From positions 9,703 to 73,702 of the forward strand of contig CAIYET010001005.1 in NCBI GenBank assembly GCA_903925285.1: a DNA stretch of 64,000 bases, in the 5' to 3' direction. The translations under genes were made by a program, and so were the position numbers. Positions 1 through 9,545 of this stretch are shown here, piece by piece (position 1 is the stretch's first letter; each line of letters starts with the position of its first letter). This stretch comes from Candidatus Hydrogenedentota bacterium (GTDB taxonomy: Bacteria; Hydrogenedentota; Hydrogenedentia; Hydrogenedentales; SLHB01). The notes beneath the pieces were generated by a model that ran no database searches, was not told where the DNA came from, and saw nothing but the letters and a program-made list of their open reading frames with translations.

Positions 1-1679
1 GCCTGTTCAGGTCCAACATGAAGTCGATTACCGATGTTTCCACGAAATACGGTTACACTCTTCAGCAGGGCATGGCCACCGTCACCCAAGCGGCGCGGGG
101 CGGCGCGGGTGCCGGGAAGACCGGCGATGCCTATGGAGCCGATGTAAAGACCGTCGCCGAAAAGGTCATGCAAGCTTCGGTCGCGGTTGGGCTCGCAACG
201 CCGTCTTCTCAGTTTTTGGAGCTTGCCACGCTCGGGTCAAGGTTTGGACAGAACAACGCCCTCGGTGTCTCCCTCGGCAACGCGAACAACACCGTAGGAT
301 CTCCACGAGCGCAAGAAACGGCGTCAGCCCTCGCTACGATGTTCGAGGACGTAATGAATCAAGGGGTTTCCGCGAACTTCAAAGAGCTTGGGGCTACCCA
401 GACATGGATGTCGCGGGTGTTTGGGGAAAGAGCGGCCGGAAGCGGTGGGGCGCAAATGTTCGGGGGGCTGTCCAGCGCGGTCCGTGCTTCAACCAGCCTG
501 TCAAACGAAACCGATATCCTGAAGTACCGCGCCGCTATGAATCTGCCCGGCGTGTCCAATCCCATGGGCGGGCTGATGAAGCTCGAAGAGGGCTTTTCTC
601 CTGACCTGTTCAACGAATTTCAGAAAATAATATCGGGCGCTTCGGATTGGGACAAGACTTTCCTGACCTCGAAGGCCTTCGCTGTGAACCTGACAACCGC
701 CTCCCGGATGAACAAGAGTCCGGGGCTCGCAAAGGAATACTATGAAGACTCGATAGCCGGCAAGGGCGACAAGATGAAGGAAACCCACGAGAACGAATTG
801 AAGACCTATCAGGAAAAGGTTCTTCAGGCTCTTCGTGAAGCGGGGACGGGGGCCTTCGACATAAAGACGGAAATCATAAAAGGGACCTCGAACATAGTCG
901 AAGCCATTATTCACCCCGAGAAGACAATCAATGCAACGCCCGTCTTGCCGTCAACCCCCGCCGCAAGCGCGGCCGCGACTACCAGTGTGGAGTCGGGAAA
1001 GATATTCGCTTCGCTACTCAAGGGAGGAAGCGGAATAGCGGGGTATGGTGGGGACGTTCTTGATTCTCGGGATTATATCGCCAGCCGGTATGTCGCCAAA
1101 GAACTGGACAAGGGCCTTGCCACGCTCTACTACGTTACGAACGCACTCCATGACGACGCTTTCATAGCGAATCAGTCTCCCGATACCATCACGGCATGGG
1201 GGATGCTGAACAGTAAGGAGCCCGGGACTGATTGGAGTAGTATGGAGCTTGAATCCCTGAAGGCCGCCATTTCCTCTCTTTATGGCACGGGGAAACAGCC
1301 GACCCCCGCTAAACCTCTGTCCGGCACTACCACGCCGCCCCAGAGCCCCCCAGCGAGTCCTCCCGTGGACATTTCGAGCGTATTCGGAGTGTTTGAGCCA
1401 GCCAAGAGGGCGACAATCGTAGGCGCGGATTCAAGTTCGGGCGGGAATCTGGCAAAAGAACTTGATGGCCTTATAGCGAAGACCCGAGATAAGTTTTCCA
1501 AGTTGTCTCCGACGGAACGAGAAGAGGCCTTGAGTGTGGCTATGAGCGACAAAGCCCCGGGGGCCAACACCGAAGAGCAAAGGGAAATGATCCGAATACT
1601 CAAGCTTATTGCCGCTTATACCAAGGATATGGGAACATTCGATGTAGTGCTGGGTGAAGGATTCAGGCCTAAGAAATAA
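1..1679 (+). CDS. tail-associated structural protein, 5'-truncated by the window edge (possibly C-terminal part of a tape measure)
   Basis: The frame is open from nt 3 to the first ATG at 18, so the ORF probably starts upstream. Gly/Ala/Ser-rich with no enzymatic motif. Lies directly upstream of the baseplate genes. Function is positional inference only. Confidence 0.4.
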   Translation, partial: LFRSNMKSITDVSTKYGYTLQQGMATVTQAARGGAGAGKTGDAYGADVKTVAEKVMQASVAVGLATPSSQFLELATLGSRFGQNNALGVSLGNANNTVGSPRAQETASALATMFEDVMNQGVSANFKELGATQTWMSRVFGERAAGSGGAQMFGGLSSAVRASTSLSNETDILKYRAAMNLPGVSNPMGGLMKLEEGFSPDLFNEFQKIISGASDWDKTFLTSKAFAVNLTTASRMNKSPGLAKEYYEDSIAGKGDKMKETHENELKTYQEKVLQALREAGTGAFDIKTEIIKGTSNIVEAIIHPEKTINATPVLPSTPAASAAATTSVESGKIFASLLKGGSGIAGYGGDVLDSRDYIASRYVAKELDKGLATLYYVTNALHDDAFIANQSPDTITAWGMLNSKEPGTDWSSMELESLKAAISSLYGTGKQPTPAKPLSGTTTPPQSPPASPPVDISSVFGVFEPAKRATIVGADSSSGGNLAKELDGLIAKTRDKFSKLSPTEREEALSVAMSDKAPGANTEEQREMIRILKLIAAYTKDMGTFDVVLGEGFRPKK

Positions 1680-1690
1680 GGAGCGGATAG

Positions 1691-3166
1691 GTGGATTACG
1701 AGCATCGAATACCGAAATTCAAGGTGTCCATTGTAAGGCCGAAATACTCTTCGGCTGTCTACTTGGAAGATGCTATAGCCGCCTTCGAGGGGAACGATGA
1801 AAACAAGGCCTTGCTCGCGTACAACTATGAAATGAGCCTGTCGTCCTTTGAAAGCCCCTTCAGCCTTCTATTCGCCCCTGTATTGCTGAACAAGTCCGGC
1901 GATACCGTCATGGACCTTATCAGGCCAATGGATGTCGTGAAAATCGAGGAGCATGGGGAACTCAAGTACGTCGGGATCGTGGAGTCGACAAGGTATTCCG
2001 CAAGGATGACGGACGCCGGACCGGACAGGACAATCGCGGTGCAGGGGTACGGGATCGGAGGGGTCCTAGACCGCTTTGCGATGCTCTTGGATCAAGTAGT
2101 GCTGTCGGACGCCACAACCTCGATAGAAGCCATAAAAATAAAAACTCAAGCCCTGTTGCAGGACCTTTCCGCGAAGTACGGCGAGAACACCACCATGAGT
2201 ACGGTCCTGAACAACATCAAGAAATCCTTCAAGGAAACCATGGAAAAGGTAGGTGGATACACCCCGGGTACGGGTGTGTTCAACCTCATGGAACAGTATT
2301 TGAGCATTACCGAACAGACGGCGACGAAGACGAAGTACCCGATGGCCTTGTCGATATTCTCCTATGGGGGGATCACGCTTGGGCAAGCCTTCCACGAAGT
2401 AGTGGTCCCGCCGTTCTACGAGATATTCTCGCGCTGGGAGAAGGAATCAGGGAAGTGGATACTGAATATCCGCCCGACCCCCTATTCCCCGAAGTCGTGG
2501 ATGGCGCTTCGGAAAACGGTAATAAACCCCCTCCATGTTACCGCGTTTGACTGCGGGTTTTCTTCAACCGACGTGAAGACCTTCTTCTTCGCCTTCCTTT
2601 CCGGCGGGGTGAATTCCTACGAACAGTCGCGCGCCATGTATCAGGCCACGGCCATAAAGAAGGACAAGGAAAAGTGGGCGCTATACGGATATCGGCCCCT
2701 TGAGGCCTCTTTCCGTTATGTGTGGCTTGATAAGCTCGAAACCAATGGAAGGAAAATAAGCCTGATGTCCAAGCGGGACGGAGATCCCAATGCGAGCCCG
2801 GCCGAAACAATCAGCGACGAAAAGCTGATGGACGAGTATGCTTCGATGCTCCAAAAGTGGTTTGGGCGCGCCGACGAGCTTCTATCCGGAAGTCTCGACA
2901 TGATGACGATGAAGGACGGCCCGAGGATAGGCGAGATAGTAAGTTTTAACGATACCGAATTCTATGTTGAATCGCTTTCGGGGACATGGAGTTATGGCGA
3001 GAAGATGGTAACGGTGTTGAAGCTAACTCGCGGAGGGAAGTACAACCCCAGCTTTATTACCGGGACGGGCGTTAATGGAGAAGACGCCGAAACGCAAGGG
3101 AATTGGTGGTTCAAGAGGGGCGAAAAGCTGGGGAACCGGCTTGAATTGCAGAAGGTGACATTGTGA
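1691..3166 (+). CDS. tail/baseplate hub-region protein, family not recognised
   Basis: GTG start 11 nt after the upstream stop, preceded by AAGGAGCGG. 491 aa. Lies between the tail protein and the V-like spike gene. Confidence 0.4.
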   Translation: MDYEHRIPKFKVSIVRPKYSSAVYLEDAIAAFEGNDENKALLAYNYEMSLSSFESPFSLLFAPVLLNKSGDTVMDLIRPMDVVKIEEHGELKYVGIVESTRYSARMTDAGPDRTIAVQGYGIGGVLDRFAMLLDQVVLSDATTSIEAIKIKTQALLQDLSAKYGENTTMSTVLNNIKKSFKETMEKVGGYTPGTGVFNLMEQYLSITEQTATKTKYPMALSIFSYGGITLGQAFHEVVVPPFYEIFSRWEKESGKWILNIRPTPYSPKSWMALRKTVINPLHVTAFDCGFSSTDVKTFFFAFLSGGVNSYEQSRAMYQATAIKKDKEKWALYGYRPLEASFRYVWLDKLETNGRKISLMSKRDGDPNASPAETISDEKLMDEYASMLQKWFGRADELLSGSLDMMTMKDGPRIGEIVSFNDTEFYVESLSGTWSYGEKMVTVLKLTRGGKYNPSFITGTGVNGEDAETQGNWWFKRGEKLGNRLELQKVTL

Positions 3167-3792
3167 GAAGAATACGAATACTGACCCCTCCGGAAGAGGT
3201 TCGTCAGTCCTCGATGAGCCCTCGCCTGTTTTCCCCGATTATCTCGGGGGCCTTCGGGTATGTGAAAGAACATTTCATAGGGCAAGCGGCCGTGTCCGTG
3301 CAGTTAATGACCGGCATCATGCTCCACTCTGTCGCGGTGCCTTCCCGCGAATGGGTTTGCGATGTAGATAGCAGTACGAGTACGGGCGGGCTCGATATTC
3401 CTCCTATCGGCTCGCTTGTATTCGTACTGTTTCCTTATGGTATCTCGAACACGGCCGGGGCGATGATCCTTGGATCGTTCTTCGACTACCGAAATGATAA
3501 GCATAAAAAGTTCCTGAACGCCGGCGACGAGGGGAAGGTAATCAAGGTCTTCCCCGGGAATCTGAAGACGACCTACGATCGTGACGAACAAGTCTTCACG
3601 GTAGAGGACGTGGATGATGCGAAGCTATTGATCCAGTTGGACAAGAAGAACAAGAAGCTTCTCGTAACGGACTGGAACGACAACAAGATCACGCTGGACT
3701 CAAGCGGGGTGAAGTTGGAAGGGAAGAGCAACACCGTGAAGCTTGAAACGGGCAAGGTGACGATCAACGGTAATTTAGAGGTCCTACAATGA
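3163..3792 (+). CDS. baseplate spike/assembly protein V-like (Mu gp45 / P2 gpV type)
   Basis: GTGA overlap with the upstream stop. IPPIGSLVFVLFPYGISNTAGAMILGSFF resembles the PxxGxxVxVxFxxGxxxxgxvlG core of gpV/gp45 proteins. Context is baseplate genes. Confidence 0.5.
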   Translation: MRRIRILTPPEEVRQSSMSPRLFSPIISGAFGYVKEHFIGQAAVSVQLMTGIMLHSVAVPSREWVCDVDSSTSTGGLDIPPIGSLVFVLFPYGISNTAGAMILGSFFDYRNDKHKKFLNAGDEGKVIKVFPGNLKTTYDRDEQVFTVEDVDDAKLLIQLDKKNKKLLVTDWNDNKITLDSSGVKLEGKSNTVKLETGKVTINGNLEVLQ

Positions 3793-4172
3793 AGCTGATA
3801 GCTGTCAACGGCTTCACCTGTGCCATATCGAATCCGCTGGTTCAGGCAACCGTGGCGCTCACGGGGACCCCCTCGGCGAAGTGCAAGGCCGGCGGCGCGG
3901 GGATGTGCAAGCATGGCTTCTCGCTTTCCGTTTCGGCCATTACCGCTCCATCATCCGGGGCGACAATTCCGGACCCCGGCCCCTATTCGGCGAGCATCAG
4001 TTCGTCGGCGTCCAAGGTGAAGGCTGACGGGTCCTTGGTCCTGCTTGAGGGGGACAAGACGGCGACAATTACGGCAACCCCCCAAATACCCGGTAGCCCT
4101 CCGGTCCCCTTCCCTGTATCATTCGATATATCAATATCTGTGGCTGGCCAGACAAAGGCGAAGGCGAATTGA
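3789..4172 (+). CDS. small spike-associated protein (possible PAAR/DUF4280-like tip)
   Basis: ATGA overlap with the V-like gene. 127 aa, Gly/Ser/Ala/Pro-rich with a few Cys. KVKADGSLVLLEGDKT resembles the GD strand motif of spike-tip proteins. Weak call. Confidence 0.3.
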   Translation: MKLIAVNGFTCAISNPLVQATVALTGTPSAKCKAGGAGMCKHGFSLSVSAITAPSSGATIPDPGPYSASISSSASKVKADGSLVLLEGDKTATITATPQIPGSPPVPFPVSFDISISVAGQTKAKAN

Positions 4173-4173
4173 T

Positions 4174-5853
4174 ATGGCAGGAAACTATTCGTACTATCAA
4201 AAACTCTGGCAGAAGTCGTTATTGCTTGAAATCATCGACACTGAAAGCCATGAACTGAAGCAGAGCTTCGCCTTCTCCCTTCCCCCTGAAAGCATCCGTA
4301 TTCAGGTCCCCCAGCGGGTCGCGACAACGAAGACATTCGGAGGGCTTTTCGTCGACGACTACGGCGTCGATTCGGCCCATATAAGCATTGCCGGAAGCAC
4401 GGGGAACACCATGCTGAAGGAAGTGTACTTGAACGGGCAGACGGTGAACATGACGGGGAAAAACGAAGCCTATTTCATCCTCGAAGAAATCATGCACTAC
4501 AAGAAAGGGAAGCAGTACGAAAAGTTTGAACTCAGGTTGTATGACCTTTCGTCTGTCCCCAACAACGCATCGCTGTTTGGACAAGCCGACTTGGCGTCTC
4601 TCAACATCGACGGGTGGATAGTTGTCTTGAAAGACGGGCAAATAGAACGATCAAAAGACAAGCCGCTATTTTTCAATTATTCGCTTGAATTCATCGGCGT
4701 AGAACCGCTCGGGACAAAGAAGTATTCGATAGTAATGACGGCGATAGATAAGTCGATACCGTTCCAGAAAATGACGGTTTCCTTGGAAACAACCAAGACC
4801 AAGCTCGCGACGATGAAAAAGAAGCTGTCGGGCTATGAAACCGTGATTGCCGCGATTACAAACGCGGAACAGGCGACCAACGATCTTGAAGCCAAGATGC
4901 GGTCCTATTACAGGGTTGTTCAAGGATGGGTCGATACGGCCATGGGAGCGGTGAATAGCATCTACGAGATAGCCAGCTTCCCCTATGACCTCCTGAACGA
5001 CCTAGTACAGGCGGCGAACGGTCTTCGGGATTCAATTTTTGATGATGCCGTAGCGATCATGGAGGGGTTCGATGACCTTAGCACGAAGTATCTCAAAGAT
5101 ATCCCTGAACTATGGAATTCGCTTTTCGACGTTGAAGAACAGGTTGCCAACGTCAAAGCCGTTGCCGAATCAATAGGACTCCTTCCTGCCGCCATGATTG
5201 TCCCTGCTGGCTCTTCGGGCGCTATGAGGGCTTTGGGCCTGAATTCGCCGGAAACAGAATTGGATGTCGGGGTCCTCCTGACATACGGTTCCTACACCAT
5301 AACGGCAACCTCCGAAACAAGGCTCGATTCCTTGTCCATGAGCGCCTATGGGACCCCGGATTATGCGGACACGCTCGCTACCTTCAACGGCATCGTCGGG
5401 GATTCAGCGACAACCCCGGGCATGCAGATAAAGATACCCTACCTGTCCTACTCTCAAGCCCAGCAATTCACCGAAGTCTATTCCCATACCGATAGCGTTC
5501 TCGGGACAGACATAGCCCTCACCGATGGGGACGACCTTTCCTTGGGAGAGTTCAACGACTATCAAGAAGTCTCGGGACTTGATAACATTTCCCAAGCGAT
5601 CAACTTGCGGCTCGCTGAAAAGAACGGGGCTCGGCTTCGCCTTGAATTCTATGGGATCAACATGGCGGAAGGGGGATACGATTCTTTCTCCTTGGCGATA
5701 ATGCTGACAAGCATACGCGAGACGTTGCTGAAGGACCCAAGGATAACCGGCGTAAACGATTTTTCGGCAAGGGTGAACGGGGACTCCTTGATGCTTAATT
5801 TTGCCGTCGAACTAGAGGCTGGCGGCAATGCGAACTTCACAATTATTGTGTAA
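4174..5853 (+). CDS. baseplate protein with LysM-like and gp25/W-like (DUF2634-type) domains
   Basis: Internal ATG (MAGNYSYYQ) 2 nt after the upstream stop, in frame with track ORF 4045..5853. LysM-like YTITATSETRLDSLSMSAYGTPDYADTLATFNGIVGDSATTPGMQIKIPY. C-terminal NISQAINLRLAEKNGARLRLEFYG...LLKDPRITGVNDF resembles gp25/XkdS wedge proteins. Confidence 0.6.
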   Translation: MAGNYSYYQKLWQKSLLLEIIDTESHELKQSFAFSLPPESIRIQVPQRVATTKTFGGLFVDDYGVDSAHISIAGSTGNTMLKEVYLNGQTVNMTGKNEAYFILEEIMHYKKGKQYEKFELRLYDLSSVPNNASLFGQADLASLNIDGWIVVLKDGQIERSKDKPLFFNYSLEFIGVEPLGTKKYSIVMTAIDKSIPFQKMTVSLETTKTKLATMKKKLSGYETVIAAITNAEQATNDLEAKMRSYYRVVQGWVDTAMGAVNSIYEIASFPYDLLNDLVQAANGLRDSIFDDAVAIMEGFDDLSTKYLKDIPELWNSLFDVEEQVANVKAVAESIGLLPAAMIVPAGSSGAMRALGLNSPETELDVGVLLTYGSYTITATSETRLDSLSMSAYGTPDYADTLATFNGIVGDSATTPGMQIKIPYLSYSQAQQFTEVYSHTDSVLGTDIALTDGDDLSLGEFNDYQEVSGLDNISQAINLRLAEKNGARLRLEFYGINMAEGGYDSFSLAIMLTSIRETLLKDPRITGVNDFSARVNGDSLMLNFAVELEAGGNANFTIIV

Positions 5854-5865
5854 AGGAGATGTGCC

Positions 5866-6957
5866 GTGGCCAGCTTTAACCTGAAACAGTACCGCGATAT
5901 CTACAATTCCATAAAGTTGTGGATCATCGCTCACCAGTCAAGAATATCGGACTTCAACGAAGGCTCCGTGATAGCCTCCCAGATTGAAGCCTTCGCCCGC
6001 GAACTGGCGATGACGTATTCACAGGCCCGGGCCGGATTTTCCGATGTCCTGACCAAAATGCCATATACCATCTTCGGGATATCTCGACACGCCGCCCAAT
6101 ACGCTATCGGGACCGTGACCTTCGAGAGGGTCCTGACCACCGAAGTGGTAACAATCAGCATCGGGACTCAGGTGGCAACTTCCGGCGGGATCATCTACGA
6201 AACCACGGAACTGAAGTCGATGGCCGCCGGCGTCGATCATGTCGACGTTGCTGTGCGGGCCTTGGAAGCTGGAAGCAACGGGAATGTCCCTGCCGGAACA
6301 ATCACCGTGCCCGTATCAAGCGTCGACGGTGTGGACACCATCACCAACTACGGCTCTGTGGGCGGCGGCGTGAATGAAGAAACCGACGCCGAATATCTCG
6401 CGCGGTTCAGGGCCTACCTTCTGGGCCTTGCCAAGAGCAATACTTGGGGGCTGGTATCTGGCGCTCTCCTGAACCCCGCCCTTCGGTCGGCGTCCATCAT
6501 CGAACACTTCCCCCCGCGCTCTGGGCTCTACAACCTGACGCTTTACCTTGACGACGGAGCCGGGACGGTTTCGGCGACGACGATCGCGGCCGTCAAGAAT
6601 GTCGTGGACGGGGACGGCACGGCGGAAAACCCGGGGTATCGGGCCGCCGGGATCAACGTCGACTATCTTGCGCCCTCGATCGTGACGGTCGATGTTACCG
6701 CTGAAGTGTACTTTTCCTACGATGTCTCTTCCGACGAAGCAAAGTCCCTTATTGACGCGGCCGTACTCGAATTCCTGAACGCGCACATTATCGGGGAGGA
6801 CGTAATCCGCGCGCAGTTGCAGAAGGTAATCCTGAACTTCCCATGGGTGCTTGACCTCGATGTGTCGGACCCTACCGGGAATACGGCGATAGGCTCGGGA
6901 CAGATTGCCCGGGCGGGCACGATCGCCATAACCTATACTCAGGTAGCGGGGATCTAG
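5866..6957 (+). CDS. baseplate J-like protein
   Basis: GTG start after AAGGAG. N-terminal FNEGSVIASQIEAFARELAMTYSQ and overall size and layout are typical of the Baseplate_J family (P2 gpJ / Mu gp47 / XkdT). Follows the gp25-like gene. Confidence 0.75.
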   Translation: MASFNLKQYRDIYNSIKLWIIAHQSRISDFNEGSVIASQIEAFARELAMTYSQARAGFSDVLTKMPYTIFGISRHAAQYAIGTVTFERVLTTEVVTISIGTQVATSGGIIYETTELKSMAAGVDHVDVAVRALEAGSNGNVPAGTITVPVSSVDGVDTITNYGSVGGGVNEETDAEYLARFRAYLLGLAKSNTWGLVSGALLNPALRSASIIEHFPPRSGLYNLTLYLDDGAGTVSATTIAAVKNVVDGDGTAENPGYRAAGINVDYLAPSIVTVDVTAEVYFSYDVSSDEAKSLIDAAVLEFLNAHIIGEDVIRAQLQKVILNFPWVLDLDVSDPTGNTAIGSGQIARAGTIAITYTQVAGI

Positions 6958-6958
6958 C

Positions 6959-8125
6959 ATGACGACTACAGAGAGGTTTCTAAGAAACCAGCCGGCCCTC
7001 AATAGGGCTGGAACCCAAGAACTCACGAGGGCAATATGGGGCGGTGTCGCGGTTGAGTATGACGCCCTTCAGGCTGAAATCGACAAAATAACCTCTCTTG
7101 CCGTCAACGTGAACAACCTCTCTGGCGATGAACTGGACGAAGTGATCCTTCGATATGTGGGCATAGATCGAAGGCAGAACGAATCCGATGCGATTCGGCT
7201 CAGTCTTCTCCACGCGCTGTATCTCCGAGAAAATATTCCCTCGTGGGCTACGGTCCATTCGATCCGCAAGGTGTTCCGGGCATGGTTTCCCGATTCCCTT
7301 ATTTTCATCAAGGAAAACGAGATTGAATCCGCCGATGAATTGATTGTTGATGGCGGGTTTGAATCGGAAACAGTGGGGGTCAAGACCAGCCCGTTTGGTG
7401 AGTGGACTCCGGCGGGGACTGAAGTAGCCATAGAGGATACCGATACCTTTGAAGGGTCCCGGGTGCTTCATGGGAGCGGGACAGGGACCGTCTCCTGCAC
7501 GAAAGCCGTGGAAGCCGGGACCTATATGCTTTCCGCCGCCTTCAAGGGCTACTGCCAGATACAGGTACAGCGGGACTCGGACAGCAAGTATTGGAACTTT
7601 GAAACAATGGCATGGACGGCCGACGAAGTTGAATCAGGCAACCAGAGCATAGACGCCTATTCCATCCTTGAGCTTCCCTTGATTGTCGACGGTTCGTATA
7701 ACGTTACCATAACGCTCGGGCTCGGGTACGATGATTTCGTGGACGGGGGAAGCCCTGCGGCCACCAGGCCAGCCGTGCTTGACGGCGGAGATCCAACATC
7801 CACCTACACCGTATTCGCTGACGGCGGCGCGCCCTACATGGAGAATTTCTGGTTCGACCTCGTATCCTTCGGGCTAAAGCCGGGGAATCCATACATTCAT
7901 GTCATGGTTTCAACATTCTCGGCGGGCGGCTCCTTCCTGAACAACTGGCCGGCCGGGGCTGATCCATTAAGCGGGGGAGAAGACTACGCGAATTCGACCT
8001 TCCTCGGCTTGGACTTCATCGGCGGCGAGGGTACGGGCACCCCGACAGAGTATTACGCAACCATCTTGAGTTATATAAAACCCGCCGGCGTGAAGTCAGC
8101 GTTCTCTTTCGTAGGGAGGGTCTAA
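6959..8125 (+). CDS. tail protein I / XkdU-like with a carbohydrate-binding-like jelly-roll insert
   Basis: Starts 2 nt after the J-like stop. The N-terminal layout resembles DUF2313/gpI proteins. LIVDGGFESETVG...WTPAGTEVAIEDTDTFEGSRVLHGSGTG resembles a CBM4/9-type opening strand. Confidence 0.45.
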   Translation: MTTTERFLRNQPALNRAGTQELTRAIWGGVAVEYDALQAEIDKITSLAVNVNNLSGDELDEVILRYVGIDRRQNESDAIRLSLLHALYLRENIPSWATVHSIRKVFRAWFPDSLIFIKENEIESADELIVDGGFESETVGVKTSPFGEWTPAGTEVAIEDTDTFEGSRVLHGSGTGTVSCTKAVEAGTYMLSAAFKGYCQIQVQRDSDSKYWNFETMAWTADEVESGNQSIDAYSILELPLIVDGSYNVTITLGLGYDDFVDGGSPAATRPAVLDGGDPTSTYTVFADGGAPYMENFWFDLVSFGLKPGNPYIHVMVSTFSAGGSFLNNWPAGADPLSGGEDYANSTFLGLDFIGGEGTGTPTEYYATILSYIKPAGVKSAFSFVGRV

Positions 8126-9538
8126 ATGATTGATCTGGTAATTTCCAAATACCACGACACTGAAATATCGAAGGTCGACGACTTCAACCTCACCGCCGAA
8201 ACTCCCGTAAGTATTCTGGCGGCGCTCGTGGACGGGGCGTTCACTGACGTAATCCATTCATTCGTATTCTCGGGGATGTCGGTATCGCAACTGGCTTCCC
8301 CCTCCATGAACGCGCAACTGAATCCCGGGGTTGCCTTCAGCCGATCGGAAGACAAGATACTGCACGTCGGGGCGGCGCTTTCCGTCGCTGTCACGGCCGC
8401 CCATCCTTCCCAAGACCGGATCGACACCGTGGAAATGCGATATGCAACGCTGGACTTCAGTTCAGAAACAAGGGCGTTCAAGTCGCCGACCACGGGGGCG
8501 ATAAGCTATTCAGTGGTCAACACGAAGACGAAAATATTCATCGAGCTTCGCTGTCTCGCGGGGACCCCGGGGGCGGGTGTTGCTCCTGCGGTTGAAACGG
8601 GCTGGGTGAAGCTCGCCGAAGTATTGGTCCCTGCTGGGACAACACAGATAATTGATGCTTCGATTCGGAACATCACCGCACAGGAAGACGGGTCCGAAAA
8701 TACGGCATGGACCGCCGACAAGACCGCATCGTTCATGCTGGGCTCGATCGAGTCCATAAAGAACACCCTCATCGCGCATATCACGAACACCATCACGGCA
8801 TCGAACTCTGTCCATGGAATCAGGCAGGGAACCGGGAACGGGCTCGACGCCGACCTGTTGGACGGCCAGCACGGGGCCTTCTATCGGGACGCCAGCAACC
8901 TCGACGCCGGCGAAATCCCCCTTGCCCGGATTCCGACCACGCTGTCCGGAAAGATCGCCGACATGGTGGACGGCTACCATGCCGGCAACGAGAGCGGAAA
9001 GGTCCCTGTCTCGAACGGGCTCCTGAATATCGACCTGAACGCCGACAGGCTGGACGGTGAACATGGCTCCTTCTACCGTGACGCCGGGAACCTGAATACA
9101 GGCCTGATTCCCCTCGATCGAATTCCGTCGACCCTCACCGGCAAGATCGTGGACATGGTGGACGGCTACCACGCGGGCAATGAGAGCGGGAAAATACCCG
9201 TATCGAATACGGTCGTGAACGTCAACCTGAACGCGGACCTTTTGGATGGCCAGCACGGGGCATATTATCGAGACGCGGGCAACATGAACGCCGGCGAGCT
9301 TCCCCTTGCAAGAATCCCGGCAACCCTCACGGGCAAGGATGCAGACACCCTTGACGGCCAGCACGGGGCATATTACCGGGACGCCGGGAATATGAACGCA
9401 GGGACCCTCCCCTTGGACAGAATCCCCACGGAACTCACCGGGAAGAACTCCCCAACGGCGACGTTGGCGACAACCGCATTGAGGATAAGAATCGGCCGCC
9501 CGAGCCCGCTTGTGCCCGGCGATATCTGGATGGAGTGA
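8126..9538 (+). CDS. tail fibre protein 1
   Basis: Starts directly after the upstream TAA. Carries five LDGQHGxxYRDAGNxNxGxxPLxRIP repeats alternating with VDGYHAGNESGKxPVSN units. The N-terminal ~175 aa are paralogous to CDS 10243..11370. Confidence 0.75.
   Translation: MIDLVISKYHDTEISKVDDFNLTAETPVSILAALVDGAFTDVIHSFVFSGMSVSQLASPSMNAQLNPGVAFSRSEDKILHVGAALSVAVTAAHPSQDRIDTVEMRYATLDFSSETRAFKSPTTGAISYSVVNTKTKIFIELRCLAGTPGAGVAPAVETGWVKLAEVLVPAGTTQIIDASIRNITAQEDGSENTAWTADKTASFMLGSIESIKNTLIAHITNTITASNSVHGIRQGTGNGLDADLLDGQHGAFYRDASNLDAGEIPLARIPTTLSGKIADMVDGYHAGNESGKVPVSNGLLNIDLNADRLDGEHGSFYRDAGNLNTGLIPLDRIPSTLTGKIVDMVDGYHAGNESGKIPVSNTVVNVNLNADLLDGQHGAYYRDAGNMNAGELPLARIPATLTGKDADTLDGQHGAYYRDAGNMNAGTLPLDRIPTELTGKNSPTATLATTALRIRIGRPSPLVPGDIWME
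8843..9445 (+). repeat. in-frame tandem repeats inside tail fibre 1 (~190-nt units plus two shorter units)
   Basis: Direct reading shows LDADLLDGQHGAFYRDASNLDAGEIPLARIPTTLSGKIADMVDGYHAGNESGKVPVSN. A near-copy follows: LDGEHGSFYRDAGNLNTGLIPLDRIPSTLTGKIVDMVDGYHAGNESGKIPVSN. Two shorter LDGQHGAYYRDAGNMNAG units come after that. Confidence 0.7.
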
Positions 9539-9545
9539 GGTTGTT

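Noticed and set aside
4045-4173. N-terminal extensions of several track ORFs (for example 4045, 9510, 10198, 16791, 20615, 21401, 22326, 25442, 29791, 31514, 33452, 41400, 43574, 44833, 52593)
   Set aside because: The extensions overlap the upstream gene in another frame and translate to Arg-rich junk. Internal starts with an RBS or stop-start overlap were chosen instead.
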